Origin: Candidatus Nealsonbacteria bacterium
GTDB taxonomy: Bacteria; Patescibacteriota; Minisyncoccia; Minisyncoccales; JANBVM01
Reading direction: 5' to 3'
Length of the DNA stretch: 64,000 nucleotides
Assembly (NCBI GenBank): GCA_047456315.1
Contig: CP179889.1
Span: 56,966 to 120,965, forward strand
Position numbers and translations under genes: made by a program. Within the stretch, counting starts at the first letter, position 1, and every line of letters begins with the position of its first letter. Shown here one piece after another: positions 18,329 to 26,509 of this stretch. The notes beneath the pieces were generated by a model. That model made no database searches, had not been told where the DNA came from, and was given only the letters and a program-made list of their open reading frames with translations.

Positions 18329-19990
18329 TTATTGAACCGCTCCGTTAGTTACTGTTGGATCATCGGGTAAAGTGGTATTAAGAGCTGAAGTTGAACCCTC
18401 AATTATGGCCTGAGTCCAGCTGTCTTCAGCCGTGATCTGTGCTTTATTAATTATATTTGGAATTAGACCTCTCTGATATGCAGCAGGAGTAAAGGTAACC
18501 TGGAAAGCAATTGTCAGAGGCTGCTGGGTAACCCCAATCCCTCTTTCTAAATCTCCTGCCAGCCAGACAATTTCTCTTGACTGAGAATCAAAGGTAAATC
18601 TCTCAAGCTCTGGTTCTGGAAAAACTCTGCCAGTCAATTCTATGTTTTGAGGCAAGGTTGCTTTTACTTTTGCGTTTTTCACATCTGAATAATAATTCCT
18701 AATATGCCACATAATCGTATAAGTAGTAGCTTGGCCTACTTGAGGCGGAACAGGACCAGAATTACCAAAAACCTCATCCTGAAAATATGCTTTTTGGTCT
18801 ATTCCAAGCTTTGAACCAATTTTTGTAACAAATTCTTCTTTAACCTGCCCAATAAATACTTTATTCTTTAAGACAGGGTTTTTAACACTGCCCAAGTCAT
18901 CTTTTAATTTTATGAAGAAATCAACCTTGCCCTCTTCCATTGGAATCAAGTATTGAAGGTCTGGAACCCTTCTCCAGTCAAAAACAATAGAATTATCTCC
19001 TGCCTGAAAAGCTCCGTAATCAGACTTTATTGTTTGAAAATCAAAAGCTTCTCCTTCTAATTGATTAACCATAAACAAATTACTGACACTATCTTCCCCC
19101 ACGTTTTTAAAGTAAATCTCATAGTGAAGCCAATCACCAGGCACAGCCACATATTGAGGATTACTGTTGATTTCTTGTCTGATATAAAGAGAATGCCTGA
19201 CCATTTCCACCCCTTTTATAGCTTCTTTTAGAATAATGAATTCACCATTTTTCCAGACACCTAGCTCAGCTTTAAAAACTTTTGCTTCCCCTAAGTCTCC
19301 AGAAAGCCTGCCTGATATCTCAATTCTTCCTCCCTCTGATTTGTTTAAAACAGGAATTTCCCATTCTGTCTGCTCAATTGATTTAGGAGTGGAGTTAATA
19401 AACTCAAAACCATAAGGATATTCAATCTGACACCTTAAATTAGTTAAAAGATGCTCAATATTTGAAAAATAATTAATGCGAAAAATAAAATCCTTGCCTG
19501 ATGCAACCTTAGAAGGCAAATCAAAATCAAATGTCAGGGGAGCTGATTTAATCTGACTGGTAAACTCAGAAGATGACTGGTACCTTGCTTTTAAGTCCTT
19601 TGGCTGATAGCTCAAAGATGCTTTGGTAATTTTAATATCTCCCTCTTTTCCCAAAATACTTATCTTGAATGAAAATGTCTTTTCTTCTCCTGGATAAATT
19701 GCCTCGCCCAATTCTTCTGGACCTAAAATCTGTCTTTCAAAAAATTCTCCGTCCTTTATAGAATATTCAGGCGCTTCAAAAACAAGCTCCGGGTTGTCTA
19801 AACGAAACTCTCCCTTGTTCTGGTACCTGACAACATATTCCACTTCTTCTCCTAAAGTAATTTCAGACGGCCCCAAAATATCCAATCTTAAAAGTTCTTT
19901 TGAATAAACATTCTTTTGCCAATTCCAAGCAAACCAGATTGCTCCTGATAATATGACTGCAATAACTAAATAATTTAAAATCTTTTTCAT
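18329..19990 (-). CDS. membrane-anchored multi-Ig/DUF11-like extracellular protein
   Basis: N-terminal TM, repeated beta-sandwich signatures (YVVRYQN, NSGPVPPQVGQATTYTIMW). Confidence 0.75.
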   Translation of the reverse strand: MKKILNYLVIAVILSGAIWFAWNWQKNVYSKELLRLDILGPSEITLGEEVEYVVRYQNKGEFRLDNPELVFEAPEYSIKDGEFFERQILGPEELGEAIYPGEEKTFSFKISILGKEGDIKITKASLSYQPKDLKARYQSSSEFTSQIKSAPLTFDFDLPSKVASGKDFIFRINYFSNIEHLLTNLRCQIEYPYGFEFINSTPKSIEQTEWEIPVLNKSEGGRIEISGRLSGDLGEAKVFKAELGVWKNGEFIILKEAIKGVEMVRHSLYIRQEINSNPQYVAVPGDWLHYEIYFKNVGEDSVSNLFMVNQLEGEAFDFQTIKSDYGAFQAGDNSIVFDWRRVPDLQYLIPMEEGKVDFFIKLKDDLGSVKNPVLKNKVFIGQVKEEFVTKIGSKLGIDQKAYFQDEVFGNSGPVPPQVGQATTYTIMWHIRNYYSDVKNAKVKATLPQNIELTGRVFPEPELERFTFDSQSREIVWLAGDLERGIGVTQQPLTIAFQVTFTPAAYQRGLIPNIINKAQITAEDSWTQAIIEGSTSALNTTLPDDPTVTNGAVQ

Positions 19991-19995
19991 AATAA

Positions 19996-20724
19996 TTAAA
20001 TTTGTCCGCTTATTTCTAGAATAAAGGATAAATAATGTTTTGAAAACTCCTCTAACCCTTTTAACTCCTTATCATTTATCTTTAATCGAGAAATTGTTTT
20101 TAGTTCTTTTTCAGTAATAAAGCGTATTATTTTAATTGTCGCTGGGCTCACCAATATATCTAATTTATCTTTTGAAAAGCAATTTTTACAAATTATGCCT
20201 TGTTTTTTGGGGCTGAAATAAATACTTTCAGGTTTAAGCTTTTTTTCACAGGCCAGGCAATTATATAAGTTAGGTTTATAGCCCAAAACAGATAAAAATT
20301 TCCAAAGAAAATAATAATAAATTATTTCTGTGTTCTTGAAATTATTGTCATTTAACTTCTCAAAAACCTCCAGTAATAAACTCCAAATACTTTCATCGGG
20401 CTCCTGTCCCTTAATCAAATCATCTAGAACTTCTCCTATATTATATACAATATCAATCCTTTTTAAATCTTTCCTTAAATTCTTAAATTTTTCAATTACT
20501 ATTGCATCAGTTAATGTCTTGTAGTTTTTCCCTTGAATAAACTCAATTTCTGACAGGTAAAAAATCTCGATTCCTACTCTCAGCTTTGAGGTGGTTTTCC
20601 TTATTGCTCTTGCCAGAATTTCTAATCTTCCAAAGTCCTTTGTGTAAATACTAAATAACTGATCAGCTTCTTTCCTGTTAAGCTTTCTGAAAATAATACC
20701 TTTTGTTCTATGATGAACAAACAT
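19996..20724 (-). CDS. recO: DNA repair protein RecO
   Basis: EADQLFSIYTKDFGRLEILARAIRK, GYKPNLYNCLAC...GIICKNC zinc finger. Confidence 0.93.
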   Translation of the reverse strand: MFVHHRTKGIIFRKLNRKEADQLFSIYTKDFGRLEILARAIRKTTSKLRVGIEIFYLSEIEFIQGKNYKTLTDAIVIEKFKNLRKDLKRIDIVYNIGEVLDDLIKGQEPDESIWSLLLEVFEKLNDNNFKNTEIIYYYFLWKFLSVLGYKPNLYNCLACEKKLKPESIYFSPKKQGIICKNCFSKDKLDILVSPATIKIIRFITEKELKTISRLKINDKELKGLEEFSKHYLSFILEISGQI

Positions 20725-20730
20725 TTAAAT

Positions 20731-21144
20731 CTATTTTTCTCCTAAGGCGTTCTTTAAAGTTTTGATCTTTTTCTCTATCCTCCATTTTTCCTTAGGATTC
20801 CTGTACTGCTCTTTTTGTAAATCTTTTATCACCTTTATTAATTTCTGTCTAGTTATGTGGGTTCCGTACTTCTGATGGGGGAAAATCTCTTTTTCCAACT
20901 CAACTCTTTCTTTTTCTTTTAAACCATGCTTAAAAAGAGACTGGCTTCTTAATCTCTGCCTAAGTTCTGATCTTGTAAGATGGCCCTTGCTCCCCCAGAC
21001 GCCTTTATCTACTCCCGGCTTTTTAATATCTGGTCTGGTTTCTGGTTTTTTTAATCTTACTGGTAAGCCATATTTTCTTGAGGAGCCTGACGATTCACCC
21101 CACATCTGTCGTCCGAATTGTCCACTTTTGTTTTCTAAAACCAT
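20731..21144 (-). CDS. basic hypothetical protein
   Basis: 137-aa ORF tightly packed between ileS and recO on the same strand. Confidence 0.65.
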   Translation of the reverse strand: MVLENKSGQFGRQMWGESSGSSRKYGLPVRLKKPETRPDIKKPGVDKGVWGSKGHLTRSELRQRLRSQSLFKHGLKEKERVELEKEIFPHQKYGTHITRQKLIKVIKDLQKEQYRNPKEKWRIEKKIKTLKNALGEK

Positions 21145-21159
21145 AATTATATATATAAA

Positions 21160-24100
21160 TTAGCTTCCGACCTTTTTAATAAATAACTGCAGTTTCTGGC
21201 CGTTAATAATAACCTGTTTTCCTTTTTTCAATTCTTTAACTAAATCCAGGTCCTTTGCCTTTGTTTCTTTGTTAATCATCTTTTCTTTTCTTAGCAACAG
21301 CTCGCTCATATCATGCTCTGCCTTGAATTGAATTATAATAACATCTTTTGGAGTTAGTTTCCTGCTCTTTCTCATTTCTTGAATGTTTCTAATAACCTCT
21401 CTTGTTATTCCCTGCTCTTGCAGTGATTTAGTGATTTCTGTGTTTAGTTTTATCTGTTCTCCAAAACCAATGTCTAAAACATTGACTTCCTTTTTAATTA
21501 AATCTAAAAGCTCTTTTTCATTTTTTAATTCTTTATCTTTGATTGTTAATTCTTGCAGAGCCTGTCTTACTTTTATTTGAGCTTTTGCTCTTTCAGCTAA
21601 ACCTAGTTTTACTATTTCTCTTGCTTTTTCCATCTTTTTATTCAATTCCTCATCAATAGATTTTTTAGTTGCTTTAGGCCAATCCTCTAAATGAATTGAT
21701 TCTTTTGTTTCTAATCCTGATTTTTTAAAATCCTGATATATATATTCAGTAAAAAAAGGAATAAAGGGAGCTGATAATTTTATTGTTTGAAAGATTACAA
21801 AACTCAGAGTTCCAGCAGCATCTCTTAATTCTTCTTCATTCTCAGGCTGCTGAAATCTTTTCCTTGACCTTCTGATGTACCACAAAGAAAGTTCATTCAT
21901 AACAAACTTTTCAATACTTCTGGCTGCACCGGTTATATCATAACTTTCCAGCAATTTAGTGGTTTTTACAACCAACTCATTAAGTTTAGAAATAATCCAT
22001 TTGTCTAAAATATGCTTGGAGCAGGGATTTTCAAAACTCAAGAACTCATCATCAGCATAAGTTTTTAAAAATATATAAGAATTCCATAAAGGAAGAATGA
22101 ATTTTCTTAAAACATTTTCAGGATCTTTCTCCGAGAATAGCTTAGAATCACCAGGATGACTAGAAGTGTAAAATGACCACCTTAAGGCATCAGTTGAGTA
22201 TTTTTCAATAATATACCAGGGATCAATTATATTTCCTTTTGATTTTGACATTTTTTCACCTTTTTCATCCAAAATATGGCCCAAAGAAACAACGTTTTTA
22301 TATGCTGGCCCTTTTCCAAGCAAAGTAGAAATAGCAAGCAAAGTATAAAACCAGCCCCTAGTCTGGTCTATTGCCTCGCAGATATAATCAGCAGGAAACT
22401 GCTTGTTTTCGTCAATCAGTTTTCTATTCTCAAAAGGATAATGATATTGAGCAAAAGGCATTGCTCCTGAATCAAACCAGCAGTCAATTACTTCTTCAAC
22501 TCTTTCCATTAAAGCTTGGCAGCTTGGACACTGAAACTTTACATTATCAATAAAAGGCCTGTGCAAATCCAACTCTAAGTTTTTATTAAAAGGCAATATC
22601 CTAAACTCTATGTTTTCTAATTTGCCTGTTTTTGTTCTATTTCCTTTTTCCCGCCACTTTAAAATCTTTTCAAGCGACCATCCTTCTAAGGTTTTCTTTA
22701 AAATAGCTAAAGGAAGTCCATGAGAAATAATTAAAATATTCTTTCCTTTGTATTTCTCATCAGTTTCCTTTAAGAAACTGTACATTCTTTTTTTAATATC
22801 TCTTACACTTTCACCTTTTGGAGTTTTTGTTTCTGTTAAACTTCCTTGTTTTTTAAAATAATCCCAAACTAATTTTGGCGCCTTGCCGTTAAAAATACCA
22901 ACATTAAACTCCCTTATTTTTTTGCTGAATTTAACTGGAGCTTTGGTTATTTCAGCTATAATCTCAGCAGTTTGTTTTGTTCTTAATAAGTCAGAAGAGA
23001 AAATAAGGTCCAAGCCCTGTTTTTCCAATTTATCTCCTACTTTTTTTGATTCTTCTTTCCCTTTATCAGTTAAAGGGCATTGAAATTTCTCAGGCCAGCA
23101 CGATGTAACTCCTTTCACTTGTTTTACACTTTCACCATGACGAACTGTAAAATAATTATTATTAGTGAACCTCTGCTTCAACAAATCATCAACACCGCCA
23201 ATTACCACCTGGTTTTTACAATGAGCGCACTGCCAGATAGGAAGAGGGGTTCCCCAATATCTTTCTCTTGAAATTGCCCAGTCTTTAACCTCTTTTAACC
23301 ATCCGCCAAATCTTCCTTTTTTAAGATAAGATGGATACCAATTTATCTTTAAATTATTAGCAATTAAGTCCTTTTTAACTTTTGTCATTTCTATAAACCA
23401 GCTCTTTTTTGCGTAATAAAGAAGCGGTGTCTTGCATCTCCAGCAAAATGGATAATCATGTTCATAAAGTTCTTGCTTGAACAACAACCCTCTTTCTTCT
23501 AAATCTTCAATTATCAATGGGTCAGCTTCTTTGAAATACATTCTTGCCCATTTTTCAACATTTAATCTAAATCTCCCCTCGTCATCAATATTCAATAAAA
23601 TTGGCAGTTTATTCTTTTTACCAGCTTCCATATCATCTATGCCATAAGCAGGAGCGATATGAACAAGGCCTGTTCCTTCATCTAAAGAAACAAAATCTCC
23701 CCCAATAACCTTGTAAGCATTTCTTGAAACTTCATCTTCCGCTGGATACAGAACTTCGTACCTTAAATTAAACAAATCCTTTCCTTTGAATTCCTGGATA
23801 ATTTCACCTTCAAGCCCTAATTCCTTAATTCTTTCTTTTGCTAATATTAAATACTCCTCATTAATTTTGATTTTTGCATAAATAAATTTAGGATTTACTG
23901 CCACAGCTACATTTCCAGGCAATGTCCAGGGAGTAGTTGTCCATACTAAAAAAGAAGTATTCTTAAAATTAGGGCTGATAATCTTAAGCTTGATAAAAAC
24001 TGATGGTTCTTTTATCTTTTTATACCCTTGAGCCACTTCATGAGACGAAAGAGGAGTCCCGCATCTGGGACAATAGGGAACAACCTTAAAGTCCTGAATT

Positions 24101-24597
24101 AAGAGCTTTTTCTCCCAGATTTGTTTTAATATCCACCATAATGACTCAACATATTCAGCATTATAGGTAATGTAAGGATTATTAATATCAACCCAGTAAC
24201 CGATTTTCTCTGTTAAATCTACCCAGTCCTTTGTAAAATTCCAAACAGATGTTTTACATTTTTTATTGAACTTAGAAATACCATATTTTTCAATGTCTTT
24301 TTTTGATTTAAGCCCTAGTTTTTTTTCAATCTGAAGTTCAACAGGAAGACCATGGGTGTCCCAGCCACCTTTTCTTAAAACCCTGAAACCCTTCATTGTC
24401 TTGTATCTGCAGATTATGTCTTTAAAAATTCTGGCTAAAACATGATGAAGTCCTGGAGGCGCATTAGCAGTAGGAGGGCCTTCATAAAACACAAAATCAC
24501 GAGCTTTAGCTCGTTGTTTTATGCTTTTTTCAAAGATTTTATTATCTTTCCAGAATTTTAAAATTTTCTTCTCTGTTTTAGTAAAATTGAAATTCAT
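21160..24597 (-). CDS. ileS: isoleucine--tRNA ligase (type 2) with internal histidine-phosphatase domain
   Basis: FYEGPPTAN, GLHH, GWDTHGLPVE, WTTTPWTLP, DWAISRERYWGTP, insert with RHGES/SSDLLRT/ISHG, DQTRGWF, KMSKS. Confidence 0.95.
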   Translation of the reverse strand: MNFNFTKTEKKILKFWKDNKIFEKSIKQRAKARDFVFYEGPPTANAPPGLHHVLARIFKDIICRYKTMKGFRVLRKGGWDTHGLPVELQIEKKLGLKSKKDIEKYGISKFNKKCKTSVWNFTKDWVDLTEKIGYWVDINNPYITYNAEYVESLWWILKQIWEKKLLIQDFKVVPYCPRCGTPLSSHEVAQGYKKIKEPSVFIKLKIISPNFKNTSFLVWTTTPWTLPGNVAVAVNPKFIYAKIKINEEYLILAKERIKELGLEGEIIQEFKGKDLFNLRYEVLYPAEDEVSRNAYKVIGGDFVSLDEGTGLVHIAPAYGIDDMEAGKKNKLPILLNIDDEGRFRLNVEKWARMYFKEADPLIIEDLEERGLLFKQELYEHDYPFCWRCKTPLLYYAKKSWFIEMTKVKKDLIANNLKINWYPSYLKKGRFGGWLKEVKDWAISRERYWGTPLPIWQCAHCKNQVVIGGVDDLLKQRFTNNNYFTVRHGESVKQVKGVTSCWPEKFQCPLTDKGKEESKKVGDKLEKQGLDLIFSSDLLRTKQTAEIIAEITKAPVKFSKKIREFNVGIFNGKAPKLVWDYFKKQGSLTETKTPKGESVRDIKKRMYSFLKETDEKYKGKNILIISHGLPLAILKKTLEGWSLEKILKWREKGNRTKTGKLENIEFRILPFNKNLELDLHRPFIDNVKFQCPSCQALMERVEEVIDCWFDSGAMPFAQYHYPFENRKLIDENKQFPADYICEAIDQTRGWFYTLLAISTLLGKGPAYKNVVSLGHILDEKGEKMSKSKGNIIDPWYIIEKYSTDALRWSFYTSSHPGDSKLFSEKDPENVLRKFILPLWNSYIFLKTYADDEFLSFENPCSKHILDKWIISKLNELVVKTTKLLESYDITGAARSIEKFVMNELSLWYIRRSRKRFQQPENEEELRDAAGTLSFVIFQTIKLSAPFIPFFTEYIYQDFKKSGLETKESIHLEDWPKATKKSIDEELNKKMEKAREIVKLGLAERAKAQIKVRQALQELTIKDKELKNEKELLDLIKKEVNVLDIGFGEQIKLNTEITKSLQEQGITREVIRNIQEMRKSRKLTPKDVIIIQFKAEHDMSELLLRKEKMINKETKAKDLDLVKELKKGKQVIINGQKLQLFIKKVGS

Positions 24598-24647
24598 ATA
24601 TATCTTAAAATATCATTTTAAGAGTAAAAATGCAATCAAACTTAATA

Positions 24648-24830
24648 GTTCGAGTCCTACCGCCGGAGCCAAGCTGTGAGGCTTTCGAGAGACCGATTTG
24701 CCTCATATTTTTGGAAAAAGTTCGAAAAAAAATCGCCCTACCCCGACTGGAATCGAACTTTGTTCGAGACAGGGAGTAGCGGTTTGAATCCTAGCCCCGC
24801 AGAATTTGAAGCCCGAGATTGTTCCTCGGG
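24648..24830 (+). repeat. cassette-boundary repeat copy D (tRNA-Asn-like 3' end with CCA, 24648..24671) plus nested degenerate tRNA-3'/att-like relics
   Basis: GTTCGAGTCCTACCGCCGGAGCCA, then TTTCGAGAGACCGA, GTTCGAAAAAAAATCGCCCTACCCCGAC, GGTTTGAATCCTAGCCCCGCAG, hairpin CCCGAG-N7-CTCGGG. Confidence 0.8.
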
Positions 24831-24914
24831 TTTGACTTTTTAAAAAATGCTTTGTAAGATTTATTTGATAAACAAGCAAAAAGATCTTTACCAATAAAAA
24901 AGAGGTAGAAAAAA

Positions 24915-25508
24915 ATGGATTTGGTTAAAAGTGAAGTTAAGAAAGAATTCCATAGAGGTGCGTGGGAATCTCCCGGTTTACGTGATGATCAAATTAGAAA
25001 CTACTTTGAGGAATTAGCTAAAAAGAAGGAAATAGAAATTTTCTCTGTTTCTATTGATGATAGGAAAACCTTAAAAAATGATAAGGACAAAAGAATAGTT
25101 GAAGTCAAAAAAGGGGCAACCTTGCACCCCAAAGAAAAATTAGAGAGTTATTTGAATTACATAATTAAAACTCGGCAGGGGGTAATGTATACTTTAGAGA
25201 TTAAAGGTGGTTATTTCTGTATCGGTGCAGAAGGACCTGGCAGCGCAAGCTGTAGTTGTTGTCTGGATAGGCTTAACAGAAAGCTTGATTTGAGGAAAGT
25301 AAAAGAAACAAGCGGTGGGTTATCTCTTCCCAGTTTGTCTTTCCCTAAGGATACAATAGTTGCTAAGTTTTATTTTTCTTACCATGAATATGATCCTTAT
25401 CATTCCAAGCAATGGACATCGTCTGTTTATTTTTACGGGAAAAGAAGTGTTAGAAACAAGCTATTCAAGAATGTATATGAATTCTTTAAAGAAAATTTAA
25501 AAATCTAA
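24915..25508 (+). CDS. hypothetical protein (cassette cargo)
   Basis: 197-aa ORF with GAGGT SD, TTGACT-N17-TAAGAT upstream and a hairpin terminator downstream. Confidence 0.7.
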   Translation: MDLVKSEVKKEFHRGAWESPGLRDDQIRNYFEELAKKKEIEIFSVSIDDRKTLKNDKDKRIVEVKKGATLHPKEKLESYLNYIIKTRQGVMYTLEIKGGYFCIGAEGPGSASCSCCLDRLNRKLDLRKVKETSGGLSLPSLSFPKDTIVAKFYFSYHEYDPYHSKQWTSSVYFYGKRSVRNKLFKNVYEFFKENLKI

Positions 25509-25555
25509 TTTTTTTAATATCGTTGAGCCAAGAACTTTATTCTTGGTTTTTTTAT

Positions 25556-25707
25556 TCAGACATTTGCTAAAATATACTCCAAATCCCCAAGACTTTCCCT
25601 AATTTCTGCCCAATCTACGGTTCTAAACGCGTCCAATAGGGGGAGCAGGCTAGTGCTCGGTTCGAGCGACCGAGAGGCATAAAAATCGCCATTAGGGCGG
25701 TTTTTTT
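25556..25707 (+). repeat. cassette-boundary repeat copy E: att-like half (antisense encodes LLPLLDAFRTVDW...) + module + terminator
   Basis: GGTTCTAAACGCGTCCAATAGGGGGAGC-AGGCTAGTGCTCGGTTCGAGCGACCGAGAGGC-ATAAAAATCGCCATTAGGGCGGTTTTTT, matching the tail of copy C. Confidence 0.8.
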
Positions 25708-25735
25708 TGTTACTTTTTTCTCTCTCAATCGTAAT
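25708..25735 (+). promoter_or_regulatory. putative ECF-sigma promoter TGTTAC-N16-CGTAAT
   Basis: Near-identical to 26431..26458; ECF-like -35 and CGT -10. Confidence 0.6.
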
Positions 25736-25782
25736 ATTAAATAGAAAGGTCATTAAGACATATAATTAATTATTAAAAGAAT

Positions 25783-26301
25783 ATGTTAAAGCTAATTACT
25801 ACCGTTTTTATTTCATTGCTTATTATTGTCGGTATAAGCTACGGAGCAAACCATTATATCGTTGCTCCAGCAACAGAAAACACAAAAGACGCTGGCATTC
25901 AAATAATAGAAAAGGAGGTTGGCGAAGATTTTGAAATAGTCTTGGAGGCCAATCCCACTACCGGCTATCAGTGGACAGTGGAGTTTGATGAAGAATTTAT
26001 TGAATTGGTTGACAGAAACTATATTGTCCAGGAGCCAACCTTTTCAAAAGATGCAATGGTTGAATCTGTTATGGCTTCCAGAGATGGAGAAATTCCGACC
26101 GAGGATCTTCCTGATGGAGCAAGAGAGATTATTGACAGCGAGATTGAAGAGGGAACAATAGGGTTAGTCGGAGCAGGCGGCCAGGAATTCTTCAAATTCC
26201 TTGCCCTGAAAAAAGGAGATGTAGAAATAAGGTTTTCTTACGAGAGATCTTGGGAGGAAGAACCTATTAAAATCCTGACCTACAAAGTGATAATCAAGTA
26301 G
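25783..26301 (+). CDS. chagasin / protease inhibitor I42 family protein
   Basis: Signal/TM, LEANPTTGYQW, GLVGAGG, YERSWE motifs. Confidence 0.88.
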   Translation: MLKLITTVFISLLIIVGISYGANHYIVAPATENTKDAGIQIIEKEVGEDFEIVLEANPTTGYQWTVEFDEEFIELVDRNYIVQEPTFSKDAMVESVMASRDGEIPTEDLPDGAREIIDSEIEEGTIGLVGAGGQEFFKFLALKKGDVEIRFSYERSWEEEPIKILTYKVIIK

Positions 26302-26307
26302 GATTAC

Positions 26308-26336
26308 AAAAAGCAGGGATAAGAGCCCTGCTTTTT
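26308..26336. terminator. bidirectional terminator AAAAAGCAGGG-ATAAGAG-CCCTGCTTTTT
   Basis: Perfect inverted repeat with A/T tails. Confidence 0.8.
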
Positions 26337-26362
26337 GCTCCAAGATAGTGTAGGATACAGTA

Positions 26363-26467
26363 ATGGAGCAAGAAATTGTTGAGCAATGCAAAAAAGGAAA
26401 TTTGGAAAAGTTTGAAAAACTCTACAACAGTGTTACCTTTTTCTCTTTCAATCGTTATATTAAGTAG
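26363..26467 (+). pseudogene. relic N-terminus of an ECF sigma factor
   Basis: MEQEIVEQCKKGNLEKFEKLYN resembles ECF sigma region 1.2, then runs into the next promoter and stops. Confidence 0.55.
26431..26458 (+). promoter_or_regulatory. putative ECF-sigma promoter TGTTAC-N16-CGTTAT
   Basis: Second copy of the motif at 25708. Confidence 0.6.
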
Positions 26468-26509
26468 AGGAATCGAAAAATATATAGAAACTTAATTTTT
26501 AAAAATAAT

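Noticed and set aside
22600-23160. Intein in IleRS
   Set aside because: The insert has histidine-phosphatase motifs and lacks intein splice-junction residues.
24600-24671. Intact tRNA-Asn gene
   Set aside because: Only the T-loop and acceptor 3' strand with CCA are present; upstream is the AT-rich ileS promoter with no TCCGGCG 5' strand, D-arm or anticodon arm. The same holds for the other copies.
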